Source: Arcobacteraceae bacterium (GTDB lineage Bacteria; Campylobacterota; Campylobacteria; Campylobacterales; Arcobacteraceae). From it: a stretch of DNA of 64,000 bases. The notes beneath the pieces are model-generated. The model was not told where the DNA came from and ran no database searches. It worked only from the letters and a program-made list of their open reading frames with translations. Shown here one piece after another: positions 1 through 11,171 of this stretch (position 1 is its first letter; the number at the start of each line of letters is the position of its first letter). The position numbers were made by a program, and so were the translations under genes. Location of the stretch: positions 1,952,001 through 2,016,000 of the forward strand of contig OY759974.1 of the NCBI GenBank assembly GCA_963662945.1, written 5' to 3'.

Positions 1-2322
1 GAAACTAATCATCCCTACAATTATGTATGGAAGTTGTTTTCCTATTAAAAATTCTAATTTTGTAACAGGTGTTGCATAAAAATTTGTTATTGAACCTAAC
101 TCTTTTTCTCTTACAACACTCAGTGCCATTAAAATAGAGGGAATAAAAATAAGTAACATAGGTATAACGGCTGGAACCATAGAGTAAATACTTTTAAAAT
201 CTTGATTGTATCTGAACCTTGATTCTATATTTACTATACTTTTTGTATCTTTATAATTAGTAGATTCTTTTTGAAGTTGTTGTAGATAAGTATTATGTAT
301 ACCTGCAACATATCCTTTTATTGTTTCTGCACGAAAAGGCATTGAACCATTAATCCATACAGCAATTTGGGTATTGTAACCTTTGGTTAAGTCTTGACCA
401 AAATTTGGCGGTATAACAAAAGCTAAATTTATATTGCCACTTTTCATATTTTGATCAAGTTGTGTTTGTGAATTAAGTTCAGGTTGTTCTAGAAAATATC
501 TTGAGCCAGATATATTTTCTATATATTCTCTACTTTGAGGAGATTTGTCATAATCTAATACAGAAAATTTTAAATCCTCTACATCCATAGAGATACCGTA
601 TCCCATAATAAACATTAAAATAACACTTCCTAAGAGTGCAAAAGTTAGTCTAACAGGATCTCTTGTTAATTCTAAGGATTCACGATAACTGTAGCCAAAT
701 AGTCTTAGCAAATCAAATTTTTTGTGTTTTCTTGATTGTTTTTTTACAGTTATTGTATTTTTATCTTGTGAAATAGTAGTTGAATCTTCTATTGGATTAG
801 ATGCTTCTTCTAAATATGCTATAAAAGCATCTTCTAAATTCTCTTTTTGTTTTGACTTTATTAGTTGTTCTGGAGTATCGCTTGCTAGCACTTTTCCTTG
901 ATGCATTAAAGAGATTCTATCACACCTTTCCCCTTCATTCATAAAATGCGTTGAAACAAATATTGTCACATTGTCATTTCTCGCAAGATCAATAAGTAAT
1001 TCCCAAAAATTATCACGAGATACAGGATCAACTCCTGAAGTTGGCTCATCTAAAATTAGCATCTCTGGTTTATGTATTACAGCAACTGCTAAAGATAGTC
1101 TTTGTCGAATACCAAGCGGTAATTCCTCTGCTAAAGTATCTTGATACTGTTTTAGATTAAATCGAATAAGTGTCTCTTCAATTCTTTGAGTTATGTTTTT
1201 TTTATCAATATGAAATAATTTTGCATGAAGTGAGATATTTTGCAGTACGGTGAGTTCAGTATAGAGTGAAAATGATTGTGTCATGTAGCCCACTTTTTTT
1301 CTCATCTCTAAAGAGTTCTCTTTTACATACTCTCCAAATAATTTTGCTTTTCCATTTGTTGGCTGTAAAAGTCCAGTAAGCATTTTCATAGTGGTAGTTT
1401 TTCCACAACCATTTGAGCCTAAAAAGCCAAATATCTCCCCTTGTTTTATCTTAAAACTAACATTATCTACAGCTGTAAAATCTCCAAATCTCATAGTTAA
1501 GTTATCTGCTTCTATAGCAAAGATATCATTTTCTTTTTCAATTTTTTTAGGAACTATAAGTTTTTCATGTCCTTTTCTTTTTTCTACTGGTAAAAGTTCA
1601 ATAAAAGCTTCATCAATATTTGTGGTATTTGTTTTTTTTAATAACTCTTGCGGTGTTCCAGATGCCAAAATTTTACCATCATCCATAGCTATAATTAAAT
1701 CGTAAGTTTGGGCTTCTTCCATATATGCAGTGGCAATTAATACACTCATATTTGACATTCGTTGGCGAATTTTTCCGATGAGTTCCCAAAATTGTCTTCT
1801 TGAAAGTGGATCAACTCCAGTAGTTGGTTCATCAAGTATTAACAGATCTGGATCATGTATCAAAGAACAACAAAGTCCTAGTTTTTGTTTCATTCCTCCA
1901 GAGAGTTTTCCTGCTGGTCTATCTTTGAAAGGTAAAAGTCCTGTACTCTTTAAAAGTTCATCTATTCTAGCTTTTCGTTCACTTTTTTCTTGTCCAAATA
2001 ATCTTGCAAAAAACTCTACATTTTCATATACCGAAAGTGACATATAAAGATTTTTTCCTAACCCTTGTGGCATATAAGCAATTTTAGGACAATTTGCATC
2101 TCTAAAGTTTGAGTTTGTAATATCTCCACCTAATACTTCTACATTACCAGTTTGAACTTTTTTTATACCTGAGATGATTGATAATAGTGTAGATTTACCA
2201 ACACCATCAGGACCTATAAAACCTATCATTTTTCCAGATGGTATTTCTAAAGTGATATTATCTAAAGCAACAACATCATTATAATGGTGTGATAGATTTT
2301 CTAACTTAGCTATAAAGTTCAT
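1..2322 (-). CDS. rbbA: Ribosome-associated ATPase / ABC transporter with two ATPase domains and an ABC-2 permease (RbbA/YhiH-like), 3'-truncated by the window edge
   Basis: Missing from the ORF track because it runs off the window. ATG at 2322. Two Walker A motifs ([16 protein letters not shown]), two DEPT motifs, C-terminal [14 protein letters not shown] permease segment. Directly follows the HlyD gene. Confidence 0.9.
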   Translation of the reverse strand, partial: MNFIAKLENLSHHYNDVVALDNITLEIPSGKMIGFIGPDGVGKSTLLSIISGIKKVQTGNVEVLGGDITNSNFRDANCPKIAYMPQGLGKNLYMSLSVYENVEFFARLFGQEKSERKARIDELLKSTGLLPFKDRPAGKLSGGMKQKLGLCCSLIHDPDLLILDEPTTGVDPLSRRQFWELIGKIRQRMSNMSVLIATAYMEEAQTYDLIIAMDDGKILASGTPQELLKKTNTTNIDEAFIELLPVEKRKGHEKLIVPKKIEKENDIFAIEADNLTMRFGDFTAVDNVSFKIKQGEIFGFLGSNGCGKTTTMKMLTGLLQPTNGKAKLFGEYVKENSLEMRKKVGYMTQSFSLYTELTVLQNISLHAKLFHIDKKNITQRIEETLIRFNLKQYQDTLAEELPLGIRQRLSLAVAVIHKPEMLILDEPTSGVDPVSRDNFWELLIDLARNDNVTIFVSTHFMNEGERCDRISLMHQGKVLASDTPEQLIKSKQKENLEDAFIAYLEEASNPIEDSTTISQDKNTITVKKQSRKHKKFDLLRLFGYSYRESLELTRDPVRLTFALLGSVILMFIMGYGISMDVEDLKFSVLDYDKSPQSREYIENISGSRYFLEQPELNSQTQLDQNMKSGNINLAFVIPPNFGQDLTKGYNTQIAVWINGSMPFRAETIKGYVAGIHNTYLQQLQKESTNYKDTKSIVNIESRFRYNQDFKSIYSMVPAVIPMLLIFIPSILMALSVVREKELGSITNFYATPVTKLEFLIGKQLPYIIVGMISF

Positions 2323-2323
2323 A

Positions 2324-3328
2324 TTATTCTACACTAGTTGTTGTACTCTTTGGAAGTTTATTTAAACTCGCTGGCCAAGGTGTATTTGAGTTAAGTCTTA
2401 CATATGCAATACCAGGGAGTCCTGTTTTAATTTTATCAAAATATTTTTCAAGTAATTTTGAATCTATTTTAACTTTTATTCGAAACATTAACTTTTCTCT
2501 TTCTGTCTGTGTTTCTATCTCTTTTGGAGTAAATTGCGCTTGTGGAGAGACAAAGGTAACAGTTGCTGGGATAGAAACATTTGGTAAAGCATCAAGGACA
2601 ATTCGAGCTTGGGAACCTATATTTACCAATCCAGCTTGAGATGTAGGAAGAAAGATAGTCATATAAGTATTCATTAAATCCAACACCACTAATACTCTTC
2701 CACCATTTGAGATGATTTCTCCATTTTGTGCTATTTTATATAATACTCTCCCTTTAATAGGTGAATATAATTTACTTTCATCTATTTGAACTTGTATTGT
2801 TTCAACTTGCGCAAGTGCAGCATTAATTGCAGCATTGGCACTAATAACTTGAGCTTTTGAAGCTGTAAGGGCAGCAATAGCTGTTTGATATGCAGTTTCA
2901 TCTCTTTGTAACTCTACAAGAGGAATACTTTTGTTTTTGTACAGAGTTTTTGATCTACTATAATTATTGTTAGCTAAATTCAATTCACTTTCTCTTTGTG
3001 TAACAATCGCTAGTGCATAATTTTTATTTTGTTTGGCTTGTTCGACATACGCAAGTGCTTCTTGGAGTTTTGAGTCGAGTTGTTTCGTGTCAAGAGTTGC
3101 TAATAATTGATCTTTTTCTACCGTATCTCCCTCATCTACATTGATGTTTAATAATCTTCCCGAAAGTTTTGAAGAGATATCCACTTGTGTTGTTTCAAGT
3201 CTTCCATTTCCTACTGCAAATTCTTTTGGAAGTTGTGGAACTTGTAGGTAATTGTAAATAAAATATAGAGCTATAGCACAAACTATTAAAATTATAAAGA
3301 GGAATATTTTTTTGAAGTTATCAGACAT
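2324..3328 (-). CDS. HlyD-family efflux periplasmic adaptor (YhiI-like)
   Basis: N-terminal TM, GNGRLE, barrel-sandwich and coiled coil, [22 protein letters not shown] motif. Confidence 0.9.
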   Translation of the reverse strand: MSDNFKKIFLFIILIVCAIALYFIYNYLQVPQLPKEFAVGNGRLETTQVDISSKLSGRLLNINVDEGDTVEKDQLLATLDTKQLDSKLQEALAYVEQAKQNKNYALAIVTQRESELNLANNNYSRSKTLYKNKSIPLVELQRDETAYQTAIAALTASKAQVISANAAINAALAQVETIQVQIDESKLYSPIKGRVLYKIAQNGEIISNGGRVLVVLDLMNTYMTIFLPTSQAGLVNIGSQARIVLDALPNVSIPATVTFVSPQAQFTPKEIETQTEREKLMFRIKVKIDSKLLEKYFDKIKTGLPGIAYVRLNSNTPWPASLNKLPKSTTTSVE

Positions 3329-3358
3329 AAGTTTTCCTTAGTATGTAAGTTGAAAGTT

Positions 3359-3381
3359 ATAAATGACTCTTAGTCACTTAT
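3359..3381. promoter_or_regulatory. Imperfect inverted repeat, possible repressor operator upstream of hlyD-rbbA
   Basis: ATAAATGACT-CTT-AGTCACTTAT (one mismatch), 30 bp upstream of the hlyD start. Confidence 0.4.
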
Positions 3382-3603
3382 AATAAAATGGTAATATCAA
3401 TTTGCTGTTTTATAGCTTAAATAATTCAAAGGATACTTTTGAAATATACACTAAATTGTTACATTTTATCTGAAAAATACTTTTTATTGCTATTAATTTT
3501 ATAACTAAAATTTCTTAAAACAGATGTTCAATAAAATTATAATATAATCCGTTGAACGTTTAAATAGAGATTTAAAATTTTTAATAAAGTATATGGAGTA
3601 AAT

Positions 3604-4536
3604 ATGAAAAAAGTAGCATTTATTTTCCCTGGTCAAGGGAGTCAATCTGTAGGTATGGGAAAAGATTTTTTTGAAAATAGTGATATTGCAAAAGAGATGA
3701 TAGCAAAAGCTAGTGAGAGATTAGGTTTTAGTTTTGAAGAGTTGTTATTTACTGAAAATGAAAATTTAGGTAAAACAGAGTTTACACAACCTGCAATTTT
3801 ATTGGTTAGTTGTATTGCACTTGAAGTTTTCAAATCAAAATATACTATAACACCACAATTTGTTCTAGGTCACTCTTTAGGTGAGTTTTCTGCACTTGTA
3901 GCAAGTGGTGCTATATCGTATCTTGATGCTGTTGAGTTAGTTCATAAAAGAGGATTATTTATGAATGAAGCTTGTGCAGGAGCAGGGGCTGGTATGATGG
4001 CACTTGTTGGACTAGATGATGCAACAGTGGAAGCTATGACAGAAGCTCAAAGAGCAGAGGGTAAAAAAATCTGGGCAGCAAACTACAATATGGATGGTCA
4101 AATTGTTGTAGCTGGTATTAAAGCAGATTTAGAAAGCTTAGCAGATGCATACAAAGAAGCAGGAGCTAAAAGAGCAATCGTACTTGATATGAGTGTAGCT
4201 AGTCACTGTGAACTTTTAAATAGTGCAGTAGAGAAGTTAAATCCATACCTAAATGAGTTTGTAACAGATAACTTTGAAACATCTGTTATCTCAAATGTTA
4301 CAGCGGATGCTTATAATACAAAAGCAGAAGCTATAGAATTATTAGGAAAACAACTTGTAAGTCCTGTAAAATATAAACACTCTATTGCTTCAAAAGAGAG
4401 TGAAGTAGATATGTTTATTGAGTTTGGAAATGGGGCTGTTTTAAAAGGATTGAACAAAAAGATTTGTAAAGATGTACCTACATTAAGTGTATCTGATATG
4501 AAGTCTTTAGAGGTTACTTTAGAAACTTTGGCATAA
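3604..4536 (+). CDS. fabD: Malonyl-CoA:ACP transacylase
   Basis: FPGQGSQ, TQPAIL, GHSLGE catalytic motif. Confidence 0.97.
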   Translation: MKKVAFIFPGQGSQSVGMGKDFFENSDIAKEMIAKASERLGFSFEELLFTENENLGKTEFTQPAILLVSCIALEVFKSKYTITPQFVLGHSLGEFSALVASGAISYLDAVELVHKRGLFMNEACAGAGAGMMALVGLDDATVEAMTEAQRAEGKKIWAANYNMDGQIVVAGIKADLESLADAYKEAGAKRAIVLDMSVASHCELLNSAVEKLNPYLNEFVTDNFETSVISNVTADAYNTKAEAIELLGKQLVSPVKYKHSIASKESEVDMFIEFGNGAVLKGLNKKICKDVPTLSVSDMKSLEVTLETLA

Positions 4537-4561
4537 TATTTTTATAGAATATATAGTTTTT

Positions 4562-4590
4562 AAAAGCTCTATGGAAACATAGAGCTTTTT
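4562..4590 (+). terminator. Intrinsic terminator after fabD
   Basis: AAAAGCTCTATG-gaaa-CATAGAGCTTTT hairpin with T tract. Confidence 0.75.
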
Positions 4591-4684
4591 TAATATAAGT
4601 TACTATAGAGCTAACTTAAGGTTAATAAGCCACTTTTACAAACAAATATGTTAAAATTCAAACAAAAATTTACAAGGCTTTTAA

Positions 4685-5377
4685 ATGACAAAACTAGCAA
4701 TAATGGGTGCGATGGAAGAGGAGATAACTCCACTTTTAGAGTACTTTACTGATATAAAGAAAAATGACTATGCAAACAATACTTATTATGAGTGTAAACT
4801 TGGAAATCTTGATGTAGTTATCGCGTATTCTAAGATTGGGAAAGTATTCTCTACTTTAACAGCATCAACTATGATTCAAAAATTTGGTTGTGATACTTTA
4901 CTATTTAGTGGTGTAGCTGGTGGAATTAATCCTAAGTTAGCAATAGGGGACTTAATCGTTGCAAATAAACTTTCTCAACACGATTTAGATATTACAGCAT
5001 TTGGTCATCCACATGGATATGTACCAGGTGGAGAAGTGTATGTAAACACTGATGAAAAGTTAAAAAATATTGCTCTTGAAGTTGCAGCTGAAAATAATAT
5101 TAAAATTATTGAGGGTATTATAGCTACTGGTGATCAGTTTGTTGCAGATGAAAAAAGAAAAGAGTTTATTGAGACTACTTTTAAAGCTGATGCTTTAGAG
5201 ATGGAAGGTGCGTCAGTTGCAGTTGTATGTGATGCTTTACAAGTTCCTTGTCTTATTTTAAGAGCTATTAGTGATACAGCTGATATGGATGCTGGATTTA
5301 ATTTTGATGAATTTTTAGAATCAAGTGCAAAAAACTCTGCGCAATTTTTAATGAAAGTTATTGAAAAGTTAGTTTAG
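4685..5377 (+). CDS. mtnN: 5'-methylthioadenosine/S-adenosylhomocysteine nucleosidase
   Basis: GAMEEE, SKIGKV, TGDQFV, EMEGA, RAISD motifs. Confidence 0.96.
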   Translation: MTKLAIMGAMEEEITPLLEYFTDIKKNDYANNTYYECKLGNLDVVIAYSKIGKVFSTLTASTMIQKFGCDTLLFSGVAGGINPKLAIGDLIVANKLSQHDLDITAFGHPHGYVPGGEVYVNTDEKLKNIALEVAAENNIKIIEGIIATGDQFVADEKRKEFIETTFKADALEMEGASVAVVCDALQVPCLILRAISDTADMDAGFNFDEFLESSAKNSAQFLMKVIEKLV

Positions 5378-5395
5378 AATTTAATATAAGAAACT

Positions 5396-5432
5396 AAAAA
5401 AGGGTTCAACTGAAAAGTTGAACCCTTTTTTT
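5396..5432. terminator. Bidirectional intrinsic terminator between mtnN and the BFD-like gene
   Basis: AAAAAAGGGTTCAACT-gaaa-AGTTGAACCCTTTTTT. Confidence 0.85.
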
Positions 5433-5446
5433 ATAGAAGAAAAATT

Positions 5447-5644
5447 TTATGCTAATTCTTCTACAGCTTTTTTGATAGCTTGTTTTAATGGTAAATCTAC
5501 CATATCACAATCATCTTCTAAACAACACTCACAAGCAGTTCCAGCACTTGTTTCTTCTTTGATAATTTCAATATCACTACCGTGTTTTGCTACGGCATCT
5601 TTTATTTCATCATATTCTACATCGTTACAGTTACATACTTGCAT
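5447..5644 (-). CDS. BFD-like [2Fe-2S]-binding protein
   Basis: VCNCNDV...TSAGTACECC cysteine pattern. Confidence 0.85.
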   Translation of the reverse strand: MQVCNCNDVEYDEIKDAVAKHGSDIEIIKEETSAGTACECCLEDDCDMVDLPLKQAIKKAVEELA

Positions 5645-5654
5645 TTATTATCCT

Positions 5655-6179
5655 TTATTTCATATATGCTTTTATGATTTTTTGTTCAACTCTTGGTCTA
5701 TCCATATATCCTGTTGGTACATTTTCAAGTTTTTTTACAATAGCAAAACTTTGCTTATCTTTTACATATCCAAAAATAGTATGTCTTCCATTTAAGTGTG
5801 GAGTTTCTACTGTTGTTATGAAAAATTGACTTCCATTTGTATTTGGACCAGCATTTGCCATAGCAAGTATTCCTGCTCTATTAAACATAGCTTTTGATGT
5901 AAATTCATCTTTAAAAGGTTTTCCCCAGATTGATTCACCACCACGACCAGTTCCCGTTGGATCGCCACCTTGTATCATAAATTGTTTAATGATTCTGTGA
6001 AAAATAAGCCCATTATAATATCCATTTTTAATATGTGTTTCAAAATTTTCAACTGCAAGAGGTGCTAAGTCTGGTCTTAGTTCTATCTCTATATTTCCTT
6101 GTGTAGTTTCAAGAACTGCAACTGGATTTGCTGCTTGAAGATAAACTATACTTAATACTAAAAGTATAAATTTTTTCAT
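5655..6179 (-). CDS. Exported cyclophilin-type peptidyl-prolyl cis-trans isomerase
   Basis: Signal peptide; FHRII, MIQGGDPTGTG, AMANAGPNTNGSQFFIT. Confidence 0.95.
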   Translation of the reverse strand: MKKFILLVLSIVYLQAANPVAVLETTQGNIEIELRPDLAPLAVENFETHIKNGYYNGLIFHRIIKQFMIQGGDPTGTGRGGESIWGKPFKDEFTSKAMFNRAGILAMANAGPNTNGSQFFITTVETPHLNGRHTIFGYVKDKQSFAIVKKLENVPTGYMDRPRVEQKIIKAYMK

Positions 6180-6357
6180 TGGTTTCCTTTGTTTTTAAAT
6201 TAGGTTTTAATCATAACAAAAAAAAATTAAAATTAGGTAGTAAAATATTTTTACACGAGTTTAAATAAAAATTGACTCATAGTTCTAGCTTATAATATTT
6301 ATTTAATTTTGTTTAGGTAAAATCACACGATTTTAGTTAAAAAAGAAAGGAAGTTAG

Positions 6358-7518
6358 ATGTTATTAAAAGAAAAATACTCACCAATGTATTTTTTAGCCG
6401 CGTTAGGAGCAGGTGGATTATCTGTATCATTTTTTATGTATTTGATGTTTTTGATTCCACATCCAAAAACACCAATGGCAACATACGATCAGGTTATGCC
6501 AGCACTATTGAGAGGAGATTGGTTGTCATTTGTGACAGCTTTTTCATTAGTATTTATTATTGCTTTTGCATATTTTCATTTCAAACTTTTGATATGGAAT
6601 ATTAAGCAATATAAAGCGTTCAAAGAAACAGAAGCATTTAGTGCTTTAAAAAATAGTAATGCAGAGATTACATTGATGACAATGCCTCTTACATTTGCTA
6701 TGACTATCAATGTTTGTTTTGTTTTGGGTGCAGTTTTTGTACCAGGACTTTGGAGTATAGTTGAGTATCTATTTCCAGGGGCTTTAATAGGATTTATGGT
6801 TACTGGATATTATGCAGTAAAGATATTTATGGATTATTTTAGTAGATTGATCACAACTGGTGATTTTGATTTTACAAAAAATAATAATCTTTCTCAAATG
6901 ATCTCGATATTTGCATTTTCTATGGTAGCAGTTGGATTTGCAGCACCTGGGGCAATGAGTCATAATATTACTATTAATGCTATAGGTATTTTTGGTGCAA
7001 TATTTTTTGCAGCTATCTCAATATTGTTAATCACTATTAAACTAATACTTGGATTTAAAAATATGTTTGAACATGGTATTGGAAGTGAAGCTAGTCCATC
7101 TTTATGGATAATGATACCTATTTTAACACTACTTGGTATTACATTTATAAGAGTAAGTTTTGGACTTGATCATCATTTTAATCAAGCTTTAGAAAATGCT
7201 TCATTATTTACACTTACAAGTTTAGTTTTTGCACTACAACTTATTTTTGGTATGTTAGGATTTTCTGTTATGAAGAAAATAGGGTACTTTGAAGAGTTTG
7301 TACATGGTGAGAAAAAATCAGCAGTTTCATTTGCATTGATTTGTCCAGGAGTTGCATTTTTTGTATTTGGTATGTTTTTTATCAATCTAGGGTTAGCGAT
7401 GAATGGAGTAGTTGCAAAATACTCAATAGCTTATTTTATACTGATGTTACCATTTATATTTGTACAATATAAAACTATAGTCTATTTCTTTAAATTAAAA
7501 AATAAATTTGCATTATAA
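6358..7518 (+). CDS. Polytopic membrane protein, probably TsoY-family (Cys form)
   Basis: About 10 TM helices. YSPMYFLAALGAGGLSVSFFMYL and ALICPGVA recognised from memory. The codon at that Cys is TGT and there is no in-frame TGA. Confidence 0.6.
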   Translation: MLLKEKYSPMYFLAALGAGGLSVSFFMYLMFLIPHPKTPMATYDQVMPALLRGDWLSFVTAFSLVFIIAFAYFHFKLLIWNIKQYKAFKETEAFSALKNSNAEITLMTMPLTFAMTINVCFVLGAVFVPGLWSIVEYLFPGALIGFMVTGYYAVKIFMDYFSRLITTGDFDFTKNNNLSQMISIFAFSMVAVGFAAPGAMSHNITINAIGIFGAIFFAAISILLITIKLILGFKNMFEHGIGSEASPSLWIMIPILTLLGITFIRVSFGLDHHFNQALENASLFTLTSLVFALQLIFGMLGFSVMKKIGYFEEFVHGEKKSAVSFALICPGVAFFVFGMFFINLGLAMNGVVAKYSIAYFILMLPFIFVQYKTIVYFFKLKNKFAL

Positions 7519-7557
7519 AGAGGAAAGAGGGGAGAAACGTCCCTTCTTTTTTCTATT

Positions 7558-7920
7558 TTATTTTTCTTTCATACTCTCTTCATAAATAGGTCTACAATCA
7601 ACACAAAATCTTGCGTGGGGTTTTGCTTTTAGTCTTTGTAAACCAATCTCTTCATCACACATATCACATATTCCGTAGGTTCCATTTTTTATTTTTTCCA
7701 AAACGATATCTATATCTTTAAGTTCATCAAGTTGTTTATTTCTTGCACTAGTCATATTAAAACTATCTGAGGATATCTCTGCATAATCTAGCTCATCATA
7801 AGAAGCTTCGCTTAATAGATTTTTGATAAGAATTTGACTTGAAGAGACTTCTAAAAGAAGTTGTTCTCTCCTTATTTGTAGTTGTAATTTTAATTTTTCA
7901 ATTGATTTTTTTGTTAACAT
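7558..7920 (-). CDS. dksA: DksA/TraR C4-type zinc-finger RNA polymerase-binding protein
   Basis: Coiled coil with DxxD tip, YGICDMC...RLKAKPHARFCVDC. Confidence 0.8.
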   Translation of the reverse strand: MLTKKSIEKLKLQLQIRREQLLLEVSSSQILIKNLLSEASYDELDYAEISSDSFNMTSARNKQLDELKDIDIVLEKIKNGTYGICDMCDEEIGLQRLKAKPHARFCVDCRPIYEESMKEK

Positions 7921-7929
7921 AATTGTCTC

Positions 7930-8502
7930 CTATTCAAGTAAATGATTCATTGATTCTTTTTTTGTTTGTAAATATTTTTCATTATAAATATTTGAGGGTG
8001 TGATAGCTTTTATTCTGTTTACAACGATTATGCCATTTTCTTTTAAGAACTTTATTTTTTCTGGATTGTTTGTAATTAGATTGAGTTTTGTTACCTTTAA
8101 ATTTTTTAATATAAAAGCTATAGGGGTATAGTCTCTCTCATCATCTTTGAAGCCTAGTTTTCTATTAGCTTCTATAGTATCTAAGCCTTGATCTTGGAGG
8201 TAGTAGGCATTGATTTTATTCACAAGTCCAATATTTCTTCCCTCTTGTCTATGGTAAATTACAAGACCACCAAATTGATTAATATACTTTAAAGCAAGAT
8301 GAATTTGGTTGCCACAGTCACATTTTAGACTTCCTAACGTATCTCCAGTGAGACACTCAGAGTGGATTCGTACATTTGGTATCTCCATACTATTAAACTT
8401 TTCACTCATAATTGCCAAATGTTCTTGGCAACCATCTTTAAAAGCTTTTACAAAAAAGTTCCCGTATTTTGTAGGTAACTTTGCAACTTTTGAAAAAGTC
8501 AT
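7930..8502 (-). CDS. ribA: GTP cyclohydrolase II
   Basis: RIHSECLTGD, CDCG, QEGRNIGL, TNNPEK. Confidence 0.96.
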   Translation of the reverse strand: MTFSKVAKLPTKYGNFFVKAFKDGCQEHLAIMSEKFNSMEIPNVRIHSECLTGDTLGSLKCDCGNQIHLALKYINQFGGLVIYHRQEGRNIGLVNKINAYYLQDQGLDTIEANRKLGFKDDERDYTPIAFILKNLKVTKLNLITNNPEKIKFLKENGIIVVNRIKAITPSNIYNEKYLQTKKESMNHLLE

Positions 8503-8707
8503 AACTCAATTGTCCTTTTATTACACAAGAGTGTGAAATTTTATAAATGCAACTTAGTCGCATTTTGTGAATAGTAGGAGATAATCACTTAAAAATAACT
8601 TATATTTATAATAAAAAGCTATTTGAATAACTATTTTATTATATTTTTTGATAGTAATTATGTAAAAATGTATATATCTAATGAAGTTTTAGAAGCGATA
8701 AAAAAAT

Positions 8708-8863
8708 TTATTTTCTCTCTTTTTTTGTTTTTAAAATATTTCTTATTAATAATCCTATAAAAAAGAGAGCAATACTCCCATTAATCAAAGCATTTGTAGT
8801 TTCTCCATCTATATAAAAACTATAGGCTAAATAACTAAAAACACCACTTATAATTAAACACAT
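8708..8863 (-). CDS. Small 51-aa two-TM membrane protein (below the ORF-track cutoff)
   Basis: MCLIISGVFSYLAYSFYIDGETTNALINGSIALFFIGLLIRNILKTKKERK*. AAGG RBS; ATG 3 nt after the radical SAM stop. Confidence 0.7.
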   Translation of the reverse strand: MCLIISGVFSYLAYSFYIDGETTNALINGSIALFFIGLLIRNILKTKKERK

Positions 8864-8866
8864 ATT

Positions 8867-10384
8867 TTACCTTTTTTGTTGTCTTTTATTTTTCAGTTCT
8901 ATATCTTTGATATTTTCATTATTTGAACGAATTCGTATATCACTATACTCTTTTAAAAATTTTGGAAGTTTTCGTCCATTTACTTTTAGTATATCTTCCA
9001 CTAAAATAGCAGCAACTTTTTGTTTCTCTAGACCCTGAAGCTCTACCATAAAATCAAATAAAAATTTAGCAACTCTATCAAGGGATATTTGCCAAGTTGA
9101 AAATGTCTGAGAATAGAGCCAATCACTAAAAGCATAAAAAGTTTCAAAGACACTTTTGTCTTTTACTAAAAGTTCAAAAGTTTGTATAAAATTTCCACTG
9201 TTATAAACAATATCCCAAAACCGTGCAAATCTTTTGAGTTTTTGCATCGTTTCAAAAGGGATTAAATCGTTTGCTAATATATCATAAGGTGGTATATCGC
9301 TATAAACCATACCATAAATTTCATCATGTCTATTAAGAGTTGTTCCAGAGAGTTTTTTTAATACTCCAAGTTGTATTTCACATTGTGTTATTGCAGATAA
9401 TTTATCTAGATTTTCACCAAAACTTTTCATACTCTCACCTGGTAATCCGATAATTAAGTCAACATGAATATGTGCATTGGTTTCATTTTCCAAAAAAGCT
9501 AAATTTTCTTCTATCTTGGGGATATTCAGATTTCTTTTAATATTTTTTGCAATATCTTTTTTTAGTGTTTGTATACCAACTTCAAGTTGTAAACTGTGTT
9601 TGGGAAATAGTTTTATTTTTTCTCGCAATGGTGCTGGAAAATTATCAGGTATCACTTCAAAGTGTGTAGTATAAGGTTCTTTCTTTTCTAAAAAAAAGTC
9701 AAGAAGTTTTGTCGCAACTTTAATATTAAGATTAAATGTTCTATCGATAAACTTAAATCCTCTAGCACCTCTTTGCCATAAAAGTTCAAATTCTTTTAGA
9801 AGTTCATCTATATTAAAATCCCGTACTTTTTTATCTATTGAAGATAAACAAAATTCACAATTATAGGGACAACCTCGTGAAGCTTCCACATAAATATGTC
9901 GATTTTTAATATCATTTTCCGTATAGTATTTATAGGGAAGTACAATTTTGCTTACATCTAAAATTTGTGGAGGGAAGATTTTTTGTTCAATAATTTTATT
10001 TTCTAAGACATCTTTACATAAGTTGTAAAATTGAATTTCACCTTCACCTTGTATAATATAATCAGCAACATCTAAATTGACACGAAAAGGTGTATAACTA
10101 ACTTCAGGACCACCTAAAATTATAATAGTATTAGGACTTACTTTTTTGATGATATGAATAAGTTGTGCTACATCAGAGACATTCCAAATATAAACACCAA
10201 TTCCTATTATTTTAGGATTTAGTCTTAATAACTTTTCTGCAATATCCTGCATATTTTCATTTATAACATATTCTTGTATTGTCGTGATTGGCTGTAATTC
10301 GTGCAAATTTGCATAGAGATATTTTAAAGCTATACTGGTATGAGAATATCTTCCATTGAGGGTTGTGAGTATAATATTTGACAT
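8867..10384 (-). CDS. B12-binding radical SAM protein (DUF4080-type C-terminus)
   Basis: N-terminal cobalamin-binding domain (LGGPEVS), SRGCPYNCEFC motif. Confidence 0.9.
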   Translation of the reverse strand: MSNIILTTLNGRYSHTSIALKYLYANLHELQPITTIQEYVINENMQDIAEKLLRLNPKIIGIGVYIWNVSDVAQLIHIIKKVSPNTIIILGGPEVSYTPFRVNLDVADYIIQGEGEIQFYNLCKDVLENKIIEQKIFPPQILDVSKIVLPYKYYTENDIKNRHIYVEASRGCPYNCEFCLSSIDKKVRDFNIDELLKEFELLWQRGARGFKFIDRTFNLNIKVATKLLDFFLEKKEPYTTHFEVIPDNFPAPLREKIKLFPKHSLQLEVGIQTLKKDIAKNIKRNLNIPKIEENLAFLENETNAHIHVDLIIGLPGESMKSFGENLDKLSAITQCEIQLGVLKKLSGTTLNRHDEIYGMVYSDIPPYDILANDLIPFETMQKLKRFARFWDIVYNSGNFIQTFELLVKDKSVFETFYAFSDWLYSQTFSTWQISLDRVAKFLFDFMVELQGLEKQKVAAILVEDILKVNGRKLPKFLKEYSDIRIRSNNENIKDIELKNKRQQKR

Positions 10385-10399
10385 TGTGAAATTATACTG

Positions 10400-10435
10400 T
10401 AAATAGGATAAACATAGCTTGGTTTATCCTATTTA
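10400..10435 (-). terminator. Hairpin downstream of yceI, probable terminator
   Basis: TAAATAGGATAAAC-8nt-GTTTATCCTATTTA. Confidence 0.6.
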
Positions 10436-10442
10436 ATGATAT

Positions 10443-11030
10443 TTATAGAGCGACAGTTTCTAATTCTATAGTGATTTTTACTTTATCTCCAACAAGAACT
10501 CCACCCATTTCTAAAGCTTTATTCCAAGTAAGACCAAAGTCTTTTCTATCTATTTTTGCTTCTAAAGTAAATCCTAGTCTAGTATTCCCCTGTAAATCTT
10601 TTATAATACCATTGTTTTCTAGTTCAAAACTAATTGGTTTTGTTATGCCATGAATAGTTAAGTCACCATGTAAATAACCATCTTCGTATTTAGTCATTTT
10701 AAAAGTAAGTTTTGGATATTTAGAAACTTCAAAAAAATCTGGACTTCGTAAATGATTATCACGTTTTTCTATGCCTGTATCAATACTTTTTGCGACTACA
10801 AATGCATCAAATTTAGTAAATTTTTTCGCTTTTAAATCATATTCTAAATCACCATCAAACTCCGTAAATTTTCCTTTTACATTACTTATCATCAAATGTT
10901 TAATAGAAAAACCAACTTCTGAATGACTTTTATCAATTGCAAGTGTTTCACCACTTAACTGTGATGAACCAAATAAAAATAATAAAGCTACAACCATACT
11001 TTTGAGTGTTTTATTTACATAGTTAAACAT
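10443..11030 (-). CDS. YceI-family polyisoprenoid-binding periplasmic protein
   Basis: Signal peptide; IDKSHSEVGF, RDNHLRSPDFF, GDLTIHG. Confidence 0.93.
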   Translation of the reverse strand: MFNYVNKTLKSMVVALLFLFGSSQLSGETLAIDKSHSEVGFSIKHLMISNVKGKFTEFDGDLEYDLKAKKFTKFDAFVVAKSIDTGIEKRDNHLRSPDFFEVSKYPKLTFKMTKYEDGYLHGDLTIHGITKPISFELENNGIIKDLQGNTRLGFTLEAKIDRKDFGLTWNKALEMGGVLVGDKVKITIELETVAL

Positions 11031-11171
11031 AATCTCCTCCTTATTGAATATTACACTATTAAAAATGTATTATAATAATTATTAAGGAACTATTAATAAA
11101 ATAGTTTAGATTTAATAAACATGTAAGGTTTTATATAAGATTTGAAGGGAAAGGAAATAAAAAAGGCAAGC

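Noticed and set aside
1391-2047. Plus-strand ORFs of 104 and 105 aa, and similar short antisense ORFs across the track
   Set aside because: Shadows of real genes on the opposite strand (here rbbA)
3458-3463. GTTACA in the hlyD-fabD intergenic region
   Set aside because: Single half-site, expected by chance
8503-8707. FMN riboswitch upstream of ribA
   Set aside because: No conserved RFN element sequence; the region is AT-rich
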